Shown here: positions 23,875 through 34,079 of the stretch, piece after piece
Layout: every line of letters starts with the position of its first letter
How positions within the stretch are numbered: the stretch's first letter is position 1
Source of the DNA: a virus
Taxonomy: Duplodnaviria; Caudoviricetes
Strand: one strand, 5' to 3'
Length of the DNA: 64,000 nt
Virus record (IMG/VR): IMGVR_UViG_3300021387_001709
Location: 125,812-189,811 of that record
Made by a program: the position numbers and the translations under genes
The notes under the pieces: generated by a model
What the model was told of the DNA's origin: nothing
Database searches by the model: none
The model's input: the letters and a program-made list of their open reading frames with translations, nothing else

Positions 23875-24159
23875 ATGAGAAAATACGTAGTAGTTAAGAC
23901 ACACAACTTCGACACAGAAACAGAAGCGACAGAGTTTAATGACTATAGAAAAGCAACCGCTTATCTTCACTGGATGTGGGAAACATATCTCAATGAAGAG
24001 ATTGCAAATGATAGCGATCTTGACGAAGAATGGTGTTATCACGAAGAAACCTATGGAAGGATTCGGTGGAAAGACGGAGATTATACAGAATTCAATCTGA
24101 TTGAAGTTTATGAACCTAGGGAAGACTTCCCGGTTAACTGGGAAAAATATGCAATGTAA
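23875..24159 (+). CDS. hypothetical protein (tandem paralog of 24218..24511)
   Basis: HNFD..T...F..Y.KA.AYLHW.WE.Y.NEEI shared. Confidence 0.8.
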   Translation: MRKYVVVKTHNFDTETEATEFNDYRKATAYLHWMWETYLNEEIANDSDLDEEWCYHEETYGRIRWKDGDYTEFNLIEVYEPREDFPVNWEKYAM

Positions 24160-24187
24160 TAAAACAACGATTTCATAGGGAAGCATA

Positions 24188-24203
24188 CCACAATATATAG
24201 TAT
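24188..24203. promoter_or_regulatory. NrdR-box-like site
   Basis: CCACAATATATAGTAT resembles consensus acaCwAtATaTwGtg. Confidence 0.5.
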
Positions 24204-24217
24204 ATAAATGAAAGGAG

Positions 24218-24511
24218 ATGCACGATATGATGTATGCAGTAGTAATTAATCACAACTTTGATGCCGATACAAGAGTAACCGTGTTTGATAATTATGATAA
24301 GGCAAAGGCTTATCTTCACTGGATTTGGGAAAAATATTATAACGAGGAGATAGAGGCCGAGAGTCATCTGAATGAAGCAGATTGTTGGCATCAGGATGAA
24401 CTCGCAAAAGTAACATGGGATGATGGGTGTTACACATATTTTGAACTTGTCAGTCCTTATGAAAAACCCGAGGAAGAATTCAATCAGATTGATTGGAAAC
24501 GCTACCTGTAA
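24218..24511 (+). CDS. hypothetical protein (tandem paralog of 23875..24159)
   Basis: Shares the motifs listed for 23875..24159. Confidence 0.8.
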   Translation: MHDMMYAVVINHNFDADTRVTVFDNYDKAKAYLHWIWEKYYNEEIEAESHLNEADCWHQDELAKVTWDDGCYTYFELVSPYEKPEEEFNQIDWKRYL

Positions 24512-24539
24512 TAAAACGATTATTGAAGGGAGAACGCCT

Positions 24540-24785
24540 ATGAAATCTTGGTTTGTGTATCTTATCAACGGAAAAAAGATTGGCACCTGGGCGAACAACA
24601 CAGAAGAAGCAGAGAGAAATCTGAGAACTGAATATGGTGATGTACCAATGGAATTCATTGGTATTAACTACGGAAAACTTGGCGCACAGCCAGAGAAAGT
24701 AATCCATCGTGGAATGAGTGCGGTGGACACAATGATTGCAACTGGAATGATGAACATGCTTGTTGGTCTTAGATATGGGAGGTGA
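24540..24785 (+). CDS. hypothetical protein (paralog of 20038..20277)
   Basis: GAAGGGAG RBS before ATG 24540. Confidence 0.8.
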   Translation: MKSWFVYLINGKKIGTWANNTEEAERNLRTEYGDVPMEFIGINYGKLGAQPEKVIHRGMSAVDTMIATGMMNMLVGLRYGR

Positions 24786-27700
24786 TCACATGGATAAAAA
24801 TAAACTGCGTGTAAAAGTAGAGGCAATAGCGGAAGCATTTGAAAATTATTGTGAAACACTTGATGCAACAGAATATGAGTTATTCTATGACGCACTTAAT
24901 GATGTACTTGCACTTTGTGATGGAAATGATGTTTCGGCAATTTGTAACGACAACAAATAAAACGGTTATTTGAAAGGAGACACAAGATATGGAAAACAAT
25001 ATTAAACTTTACAACGTAATCGGAACTGATGACCTTGAAGGCACGACATTTTGCAGATGTACGTCTTATGAGAAAGCACTCAATGCTTTAGAACTTTTAG
25101 AAGACCAGGGATTTGATGGGTTACTTGATATAGTTCAGGATGAAATGCCTGTTGATGTTATAGAAATTGACGGAGTTCTTGTGGAATTAGAAGACTAATA
25201 AAAGATAGGTTTGATGAAGGGAGATGATTCTATGGCAATAACTCGTACATGGAAAGTATACGGTGCGGACGGTCATCGGCAGCGTGAAAGTTTTGGTCCA
25301 TCGGTCAAGTGGGATTGGTCAAATAAGGAAGACGGTGTTCGGATTTTCGAGGCTAATAACTTCGATAAGACCGGCACACATGATTACTCGATTATCCGTA
25401 TTACTCGTAACACTTGGGAAGAATGTGACGAGGAAATGGAAGGGCAGATAAGTGATGGATACTTTGAAAATTCAAGAGTTGGCAAGGTAGTTGAGGTTAT
25501 TTAAAGAGAGGAGAATAGCAAAATGTCAATAGGCTCATTAGTAAAGGTAATTGTTGACATGCCGGACGGTTGCTATAACACCCATGTTTATGGTGAAATC
25601 GGCGTTATAAGCGAAATATACCGCTATGATAACGGCACGTATGATTATACCGTCCATAATAAATATGGCGATTTTGTGTACGGTCGCGATCAGATAAGGG
25701 AACTTACAGACAAGGAGTGTAGAGATGCACTGCATGATATGTTGATTAATTAAGGAGATAGCATTATGTTGAATCCGAAACAGAATCTTATCCGATTAAT
25801 AAAAGAAATCAGTTCGAAGAGCGACGCAGAAACGATTGTATCAGATACAATGTACGGTATATTTTCAACACCAGGTCAGTTATATTCGTTAGCAGATAAT
25901 ACTAATAAAGAGTTGTGTATTGAGTTCCTTTCGACTGACTACAAAAGAAAAGAAGATATCTATGGTAGCAATCCGAACGTAAACGAGTATGCTCTCGTTG
26001 TGTTCTGGAATGATGATATTGTATATGATGAATACTTCCAGCACGATGTTACGGATAAGATGATAGAAGAAGTGAAAGAGATTTGGTATCAATAAAAAAC
26101 AGCTTTTATAGAAGGGAGAATGCAAATGAAATATGTTGTAACCGCATACGTTGATGAGAACAAGAAGTACGAGGTAAATGTAACTGTAAAGCGTAATGCC
26201 AAAAAGAGAACGGTATTTATTAAATGCATGAATGCGGTTGGTCAGATGTTAGTAAATGATAAAATCCTCACCACAGGCAAATACGGATTTGAAACTCCGT
26301 GTTTAAATAATGGCTGTCTTGGTGCTGCATGGTTTAACGATCCATTCATTAATATAACTATTCAAGAAGAAACCGGTGCCTGGATAGCACTCTAATGAAA
26401 CCGGTTTTATGAAGGGAGAAGTGGTCACATGAAGAATGAATTGGTAATCTGGATTGACGGGACTATGTCATATATTTATTTCAAGACAAATCAGACAACA
26501 GCCGAACATGCTCTTGCAGAATTCGACGTATTGATGGATCGACTTGGAGTAGATACATGCAATTTAGGTATCTCTGAAATTGAATTAAGAGATGCAAACA
26601 CAAACGAAACTATTGACAAAGTTGTGTACTAATAAAACTAGCCTTTGAGAGGAGATGATAATATGACAGTAAAGGAACTCACAAATATTCTCAATACTTG
26701 CGATCCGGATATTCAGGTTGTGATTTTCCAGAAAGGAAATAATGATCCATATTCCGTAAGATACGGAATTAAATCTGTAGAACAGGTTGAGAATTATTCA
26801 TTGCATGACGAAGATGAATGGCCGTATACAGTAGAAATCAGAATAGGTAGATAAAATGAATGGAGATGATTACATGAAAACATATATCATTGATTACGTT
26901 GTTGGTAACACATATAAAGTAAAGAAAATAAAAGCGGAAACGGTTGAACAGGCAATCAGGAAAGCAAGAGTTAAATCGATTGTTGATATTAACATTGAAG
27001 AATACATCGTGAAAGATAAGTATCAGCTGAGAGACTTTTAATAAACGTTTAATGAAGGGAATTTATAACATGCCAAAAGAAATAGAACTGAGAACAAACT
27101 TAGACTGGGCCGGAGAATTCCAGACGATGGCAGAAAGAATGAGACTTTGTGGATCCGAAGAGCAGATGTATAGACAGCTTCAGAAGTTTAAAGAAGAATT
27201 CAATAGCGAGTACGGAAGACTTAGCAGAACGCAGCGAAGTAAAACCGGGTTTAGATGGAAATAAAACACACGTTTGATGAAAGGAGAGAATTATATGTCA
27301 ACAAGATCTTATGTAGGAATTATTAAAGATGGTATGGTTAAATATGGATATCATCATTGTGATTCACATTTAGAATCACTTGGTATTGAGTTATTCAACA
27401 TCAAGACGGAATCTGAATTGCTCACTAAAATTGATGCTCTTGCGGAATTTGATATGGGTGGTTGTGTATCTGTAAATGATTATTTCAGAATACCAAAAGA
27501 AGATGTATTCATGGAATTCTGTTATGGATTCAATGTTGATGATAATGAATGGTATGTAAGTTCATGTCATTTTATAAATCAGGACAAAATGTACAAGCTG
27601 ACTGAGTTGATTAAAAATGATGAAGAAATGGAACATTATCTTGATATGTATTATGAAAGATATAGAAAAGAAATATTAAATATAATTAGAAATGGGATTA

Positions 27701-29333
27701 AATGAAAATCAAGTTTGATAGGAGGAAAACATTATGAAGAACTATAGAGTCGTAGTAAATTTTAGTTTTTTCGGAGCAGACGATGAGTTCTATGTGGAAG
27801 CTGACAACGAAAACAAGGCAAAGGAAATCGCCTTAGATCTTGCAAGTGAGAACCTCGACGTCGTTTCTGTTGATGTAGATGATGACGATGATTCATTCGT
27901 TAAGGACTACAGAGTCACGGTTAACTTTGGCTTTGTAGGTTGTGACGAAGAGTATATTGTTGATGCAACCAATAAGGAAGTGGCTATGGATGATGCCCTC
28001 CAGTGGGCGAAGGACGAACTTAGGATTGTGTCCATTGAAAAAGCTGATGACTATGATAATGAAGAAGGGAGATGATATTATGAAGTACGAAGTAGTAATA
28101 ACCTATGAAGAAAAACACCGTTATTTCGTTGAAGCAGAAAACGAGGAAGAAGCGAAAAAGATTGCATGTGCCAGAGATGAAAAGGACGATGATAATGATG
28201 GTATGTGCTGGGGCACTGATTATGATGTATGCGTTGTCGATTAAGGAGGGACACAAATGGAATTCAGAACCGCAATTGTAGACGAAACGGGCTGCGTAAT
28301 GTTTTGGGTTGACACACTCCAGGGTGACGATCAGGTAGAGGCAATTCTTACAGCCCATCTGGAGTGGTCATGTGTAGCGATTGAGCAGTGATTATTAAAG
28401 AAGGGAGATAATCTGATGAGAGGAAAAATTGTAGAACTGGTTGACAGCTTCAATAAAGATAAAACATATTGCAAATACATTAGCAATAGGGGTATCAATT
28501 ATCAGTTGCTCGAAGGTATGACAATTGGTAAAGGTCGTTTTACCTCGAATATGGTGTTTATCATTTTAGAAATAGACTGTAATTTAGATTCCCACACGGA
28601 AAGCGAATTATTTAAACTTTGTGATTCGTGGTCTCAATTGGTCGATTTCCATTATATGGCCGGTGACGAAGAGACATATGGACTTGAAGAGGAGTATATA
28701 AAAGACGTTATTGATAAATATGAGGAAGACCATAAGGAACTGATTGACTTCATAATTGCTAACAACATAGAAACTTATTAAAGAATGGAGCGTGATACAA
28801 TGAGCAAGACAATAGAAAGCTGCGCAACTACAGACGGAAAGATGATGTGTGAATTGGTAACCGGCAAACACTACGGAGCAACGGTATATGTGGTTCATGT
28901 GTATGAAACATCGGATTACGTAAATTATAAGGAAACTCACCGCTCTTATCCTACTGGCAACAAGGTAAAAGCGAAGACGCTGTATAAGAAGTATACAAAC
29001 ATTTACTTAAGGAATAGGAAATAATTACTGAGGAGGAAGATAAATGAAATTATTAAAAACACTGAGAGTTAATCAGAAAGCGAGAGTCAAACTTGATTAC
29101 TTCATGGGGACAGACACTTACAAAGATATCTATCTGCCGATGGTCGTCAAGGCAGAATATCCTACATGGTATCTGTGTGAGGTGCTTCCCCATATGAATC
29201 CTCGCGGATGGAAAACATCTGCGCCGTATCCCGTAACAATCAGCAAATGGAATCTTGCTCACGGTTTTGTTAGCGTAATTCCATACAATGAAAATAACCC
29301 CGTACTTTATATGGTATAAATGTGTCAATAACC

Positions 29334-29364
29334 AAAGGAACTGGCTTCGGCTAGTTCCTTTTTT
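29334..29364 (+). terminator. intrinsic terminator ending the small-gene array
   Basis: AAGGAACTGGC-TTCG-GCTAGTTCCTT followed by a T-run. Confidence 0.85.
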
Positions 29365-29409
29365 ATATAGAGAAAACAATTATTCATTATTAATTAATTA
29401 TTAAGGAGT

Positions 29410-30219
29410 GTGCGTATAATGATGAGAAAAAAAGAATTCTTTGGAAGCTATGGAATCGAGTACAGAACAAAAGATAACAAAATCCTCGCACCGTGGGGAC
29501 AGTGGGTATCACTTCCGCTCACATGGGGTTCCAAAACTCATTGCTATGGATGGAGCATGTTAGCCGGTACAAAGTCCTGGAAAGTAGAGTTCAACGGCTC
29601 CACTCAGATTATGAAGGGAACTTGCCCACTTCAGTGTGAACATTGCTATGGTTGCAACGGCAGATATGCAATGGCTTCGGTATATAACAGCATTGCTTGG
29701 AAAACAGTAGCTGCTCGTCAGCATATGGATTGGCTCGAGAACGCTATCACCGCTCAGATTAACTGGGGCAAATATGGAAAACCGCTTGACTTTGTCCGCG
29801 TCCATATCACCGGGGATTTCTTCTCGTTTGATTACATCAACATGTGGAAGCGCATCAAGGCAAACTGCCCGACCACTCGTATGTGGGCTTACACCAAGAA
29901 CCCCGTTGCCGAGAACGCATTTGATGATGTTGAGGGATTCAACATTGTCAAGAGTTTGGTTCCTGGGTTTGGTCTGAATTATGGTCACTGCGATCATGTG
30001 ATGGAAATGTACAAGGCATTGAGATCCGCCGGAATTGAAACGCATATTTGCAGATGTGCAGTTGACGGAGAACAGCATTGTGATAGCTGCCGAGCTTGCC
30101 AGGATCTGAAGCATGTTCTGTTTCTTGAGCATGGTACTAGCTACAATCCAGAAACGGATCCGCTCTGGGATGAGTTTGTTGCACTGGTTGAGAGTGAAGA
30201 AAATACTCGTCACATTTAA
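29410..30219 (+). CDS. Gp88-like Cys-rich (radical-SAM-like) protein
   Basis: TCPLQCEHCY, RVHITGDFFS, WAYTK, C-terminal Cys cluster. Confidence 0.65.
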   Translation: MRIMMRKKEFFGSYGIEYRTKDNKILAPWGQWVSLPLTWGSKTHCYGWSMLAGTKSWKVEFNGSTQIMKGTCPLQCEHCYGCNGRYAMASVYNSIAWKTVAARQHMDWLENAITAQINWGKYGKPLDFVRVHITGDFFSFDYINMWKRIKANCPTTRMWAYTKNPVAENAFDDVEGFNIVKSLVPGFGLNYGHCDHVMEMYKALRSAGIETHICRCAVDGEQHCDSCRACQDLKHVLFLEHGTSYNPETDPLWDEFVALVESEENTRHI

Positions 30220-30232
30220 TAGAATCCATTGA

Positions 30233-30280
30233 TTAATTATTAAATAAGGTATTGACAAATAGAAAGGAATGTGGTAATAT
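30233..30280 (+). promoter_or_regulatory. operator motif plus sigma-A promoter
   Basis: TTAATTATTAAA at 30233; TTGACA(30252)-17-TAATAT. Confidence 0.7.
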
Positions 30281-30836
30281 GATGGGCGAAAAAAATAATA
30301 TGATTACAAAAACAGCAACCGGTTACAAGCTTTTCGAGATGAACGACCGAGGTGAATTATTTCCACTGTTTATCGACAAAAACACGCCGGTGCCGATCGG
30401 TGAGTGGATGAAAGCCGAATTTCATCCCACTAAGGGATTCGCAGCTAGAGGCGGCTGGCATATTGGTGCCGACGTTCCGGATGCACCATGGCTGAAATCT
30501 TATGATGGAACAGATACTGGTTATTACAAACCTCGTTGGAAACATGGCAAGCGAGTTTGGTGCGAGATTGAGTACAACGCAAGCACCGATTATAATAAGG
30601 AAGTAAGTGAATTACCAAAAAAGTGCTTTACGGATAAAGTTCCCGATAACGGATACTATTTCTTTCGCGAAGTCGGTAAGGGAGTTTGGGTTATTACTTC
30701 CGATATTAAAGTAATCAGGGTTTTGGATGAGGATGAACGCATTGAAATAATGGATGCAATTGGGTATAATGAGGTAGAAGCATTTAGCAAGTACAAAGCA
30801 ACTTTTGAGAAGCGTATGAAGATTGCGGCAGCGTAA
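30279..30836 (+). CDS. conserved hypothetical phage protein
   Basis: GYKLF...LFPLFID...GFAARGGWH...APWL; start uncertain. Confidence 0.7.
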   Translation: MMGEKNNMITKTATGYKLFEMNDRGELFPLFIDKNTPVPIGEWMKAEFHPTKGFAARGGWHIGADVPDAPWLKSYDGTDTGYYKPRWKHGKRVWCEIEYNASTDYNKEVSELPKKCFTDKVPDNGYYFFREVGKGVWVITSDIKVIRVLDEDERIEIMDAIGYNEVEAFSKYKATFEKRMKIAAA

Positions 30837-31018
30837 GGGAGGTTGATATTATGGGAGCGTTTCTGATGTTAATTGTAATCATTTGTTTATTTGGAATTTA
30901 TGCTGGAGTTCGCTTAACAACCGACGGTAGTTCTGCTGGCCCAATACTTGTGTTCGTTTGTGGTACATTAGCAGCGGGAATTCTTGGCGCATTGAGATAA
31001 TATTATAAGAAAGGAAAA

Positions 31019-31609
31019 ATGATTATGGGAATTTTAGGAGCATTTTTGGCAGTAGGTTGGCTCGGAGGAAATTTAGCAAAAGACGCAACAAAGACAGCAA
31101 AAATAACTCCGGCTATGAACGCTAGTCTTCCGGATAGAATTGAATGGCGCAATGGTAATTATTATGATACCGTAACAGGGAAAAGGGTTAGACGAGAATT
31201 TTTTACAGATCCTATTACTGGGATAAAGAACACTACCGCATGGGTAAATGCTAAAACAGGATGCGTGATTTATGTACCTTCAAGAGAAAAATATTTTGAA
31301 GAACAGGAAGTTGCTAAAAAAGAAATTGAACGATTAAAAGCAGAAAAAGATGCGGTTTGGCTTCAGGAGGCGATTGATAATAATGATAGATTTGCAAAAG
31401 TAATATTACCTTTTAGAGATGGAGTGTGTAATGTTGCGGAAGGATATTATGACAGAAAACAAATTGTAGAAAATGAGGAAGATAGAGTTTTTTATTTCGC
31501 CAATAAGTGGGGTTTTATGTATAAAGCAATTATAGAAAATGGATATTGGAAACCAAACAAATATGGTTCATATTGGAAACTCAGTGAAAGATACGATAAA
31601 AATATTTAA
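31019..31609 (+). CDS. hypothetical protein with hydrophobic N-terminus
   Basis: MIMGILGAFLAVGWLGG; AT-rich. Confidence 0.65.
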   Translation: MIMGILGAFLAVGWLGGNLAKDATKTAKITPAMNASLPDRIEWRNGNYYDTVTGKRVRREFFTDPITGIKNTTAWVNAKTGCVIYVPSREKYFEEQEVAKKEIERLKAEKDAVWLQEAIDNNDRFAKVILPFRDGVCNVAEGYYDRKQIVENEEDRVFYFANKWGFMYKAIIENGYWKPNKYGSYWKLSERYDKNI

Positions 31610-31818
31610 ATTATATAGAGGTGGTTAGATGAGAAAACGAACGAATATGTTTACATCATATCTTACATGTAATAAATGCGGAAAGCAATTTCCTATTATG
31701 CGTAGCAAAGGATATAAACGCGAAAAGGGACACATTAAGGATTTATGGTGTCCATTTTGTAAGACTGAGAGTAAATTTAAAGAATTTTGAAATATATCAA
31801 TAGGAGAAAAAAGTAATT

Positions 31819-32769
31819 ATGACTGGAAGACAGGAAGATGAAATAAAACTAAAAAATAAAATACAAAAAATGTTAATTGACAAACCTATTATATTAAAAA
31901 AATATTATGCGTATATGGGGGAGAATAAAACAGAAAAAACAAAAAATTTGTATATATTAGGTCTTATAAGATATAATAATTTTTTAATTATAAATAATCA
32001 TACCGTAGAAGATTTTGATTATTTGCAAAATCAGAAAAAAACAAATATTAACGAATACATAGAAGAGTTAAAATATAGAAATGTTAATGGAAAAATAATA
32101 AATAACAGCAGAAGTAATATTAGGACTAATTTATATGCGGTAAAATCTTTTTTTGAGTTTTTGGAGGATGAGGAATATATTACGAAGAATCCATTTTATA
32201 ATTTTAAGTTCCCAAAATTAAATGAAATTATTGAAGTTCGTCCGATAGAAAAGTCTGATATTAAAGAAATCAAAGCAAATATTCGAGCTTTTAGTAAAAA
32301 TCCAGAAAGAGACGAGGCCATATTTGTTATAGGTATTAAAACTGGTTTGCGAGCATCTGCAATAACAGAAATAAATATCTCGGATATTAATTGGGAAGAT
32401 CATACGATAAAGGTAACAGAAAAAGGTAACGTAACTAGATTAGTTTATTTTGGTGAAAATACTGAAACTGCTTTGATTAAATGGCTTGATGTTAGAAAAG
32501 AAACTCCAAATTGCGACGCGTTGTTTATTAATAATAGGGGGCAAAGAATTAATTATAGTATTATCAATAGAATGTTAAAAAAATATGGACTGGGCAATGT
32601 TCCGCATAATTTGAGAAAAACATATGGGACAAATCTTTATGATGAGTCTGGGGATATTTATTTAACTGCAGAAGGGCTAGGGCATAAAAATATTCAAAAC
32701 ACGAAAAGATACGCGCGAGTATCAGAAAAGAAGAAATTACAAGCAGCAAGATTAGTAGATAAAATATAA
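31819..32769 (+). CDS. tyrosine recombinase (YopP-like position); catalytic residues intact
   Basis: TGLRAS (R), EKGN (K), PHNLR (HxxR), LGH, TKRY (Y). Confidence 0.9.
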   Translation: MTGRQEDEIKLKNKIQKMLIDKPIILKKYYAYMGENKTEKTKNLYILGLIRYNNFLIINNHTVEDFDYLQNQKKTNINEYIEELKYRNVNGKIINNSRSNIRTNLYAVKSFFEFLEDEEYITKNPFYNFKFPKLNEIIEVRPIEKSDIKEIKANIRAFSKNPERDEAIFVIGIKTGLRASAITEINISDINWEDHTIKVTEKGNVTRLVYFGENTETALIKWLDVRKETPNCDALFINNRGQRINYSIINRMLKKYGLGNVPHNLRKTYGTNLYDESGDIYLTAEGLGHKNIQNTKRYARVSEKKKLQAARLVDKI

Positions 32770-32786
32770 TAATAGTTAAAATGCGC

Positions 32787-32819
32787 TTGCAACCAATGCA
32801 ATTATGTTGTATTATTAAA
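32787..32819 (+). promoter_or_regulatory. sigma-A promoter for the DndB-like/MrpR-like pair
   Basis: TTGCAA-17-TATTAT, overlapping TATTATTAAA. Confidence 0.6.
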
Positions 32820-32838
32820 TACAGAAAGGAGGCTCACC

Positions 32839-34077
32839 ATGATAAACGGCGAAGCAAGCAGAGCGGAACTAAACAGTTATCTTAATGATAAGCTGATGGA
32901 AATGACTAACCGGCGCGAAAGGATGGAACTGTACAAACAGATTTATTCCAGGTTCAACATTTCTATTGAAGTAACTACCGATTACTTCACATTCAAGAAG
33001 GACATAGCGGAAGCATCCAACTTTGAGGTGTTCGCATTCTTGTATTTTATTAAAAGAAACCGTCTTCATTTATACTTCACAGACAATGAAATCGAAGTGT
33101 TTAGCAACGAAAAGGTAGAAGATAAAACTATCACATTTCCGTTGGTATTCAAGGACATTGTCCAGGTAAGTGAAGATCAGTGGATCGGGCGTACATCATT
33201 TCAAGAGCTGATGGCAATGAAGGACGCTCGCTTGATTAACTACGACGAAAACGAGCAGCGAACATTCCGTCACATCAAATCCGGCAACACGGAAATCATG
33301 CGAGTGTTCATCAACAAGAAGTCCGTCCAGGAGATTAAGGAAGCACTGAAAACAGGCCGCTACATCCCGGATGACATTACACTCAATATCCCACAGGGAT
33401 CGGAATTTAGTTTTAGTAACAACACGCTCAAAATATATAGTTTGCTGAATGGTAAGTTCAATATTATTGACGGCTATCATCGCTGGCTTGGAATGGCGGA
33501 GATATATAACTTCAATAAAGAGTTTGATTATCCGATGGAAATCAGATTTGTTAACTACTCAACGGAGAAAGCAAATCAGTTTATCTATCAGAAGGATCAA
33601 AAAACTCAGATGAAAAAATCTGACTCAGCGTCTTATAATCAGTATAACATTGCAAATCGTGTGGTCAAGCGACTCAACGAAGACCCAATGAGCAATCTCC
33701 AGGGTATGATTGCTCGTAATGACGGGCTAATTAAAGAAGCTGACCTCGCAGCCGTAATTGATTCTTTCTATGTTAAGGGAAAAGAAATCGGCAACGAAAC
33801 TTTAGCGGTTGTAACTATTAAAAATGACATTCAAAAGAAATTTAATTCAGTATCTGAGGTAAATCCCGATTATTTAAATAAGAAGTATACCGTGAAGGAT
33901 TTAATAATCCTAATGTTTGTATTTACATCCGACGTAGAAGTTAATAAGTATGATGAACTGATTGATTATCTAGTTTCAAAGAAAATTAATTCTTCATATT
34001 ATACATTTAATCGCGGCTATGTAAGAAAAAAGGTTATCAATGAGTTAAATAATGCGTTAGCAGAATGGAGGCGCTAA
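32839..34077 (+). CDS. DGQHR/DndB-like (ParB superfamily) protein, SPbeta YopQ-like
   Basis: INYDENEQR...YIPDDITLN...IIDGYHR; lies between the recombinase and the MrpR-like gene, as in SPbeta. Confidence 0.7.
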   Translation: MINGEASRAELNSYLNDKLMEMTNRRERMELYKQIYSRFNISIEVTTDYFTFKKDIAEASNFEVFAFLYFIKRNRLHLYFTDNEIEVFSNEKVEDKTITFPLVFKDIVQVSEDQWIGRTSFQELMAMKDARLINYDENEQRTFRHIKSGNTEIMRVFINKKSVQEIKEALKTGRYIPDDITLNIPQGSEFSFSNNTLKIYSLLNGKFNIIDGYHRWLGMAEIYNFNKEFDYPMEIRFVNYSTEKANQFIYQKDQKTQMKKSDSASYNQYNIANRVVKRLNEDPMSNLQGMIARNDGLIKEADLAAVIDSFYVKGKEIGNETLAVVTIKNDIQKKFNSVSEVNPDYLNKKYTVKDLIILMFVFTSDVEVNKYDELIDYLVSKKINSSYYTFNRGYVRKKVINELNNALAEWRR

Positions 34078-34079
34078 TC

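Larger units (their letters stand above)
19825..27718 (+). repeat. dispersed intergenic TRAAA-N6-TTTDA sites at gene junctions (9 exact, 2 or more near-matches)
   Basis: Exact sites at 19825, 23841, 24160, 24958, 25199, 26093, 26633, 27262 and 27703; near-matches at 24512 and 26396. All lie between a stop codon and the next RBS. Confidence 0.75.
10323..29319 (+). other. array of roughly 65-70 small co-oriented hypothetical early genes
   Basis: Tightly packed + strand ORFs of 45-290 aa, each with an AGGAGG/GAAGGGAG RBS, many with ATGA overlaps; many are acidic. Confidence 0.85.

Noticed and set aside
19825-27718. CRISPR array or classical attC integron
   Set aside because: No constant 25-40 bp repeats; no GTTRRRY/RYYYAAC attC hairpins or IntI recognised; the intervening units are genes
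30851-31790. Arbitrium (aimR/aimP/aimX) upstream of the SPbeta-like repressor module
   Set aside because: No TPR/RRNPP-sized receptor and no convincing pro-peptide in the window
32839-34077. Dnd phosphorothioation system
   Set aside because: Only a DGQHR-domain gene is present, with no dndCDE; synteny fits the SPbeta yopQ-like role
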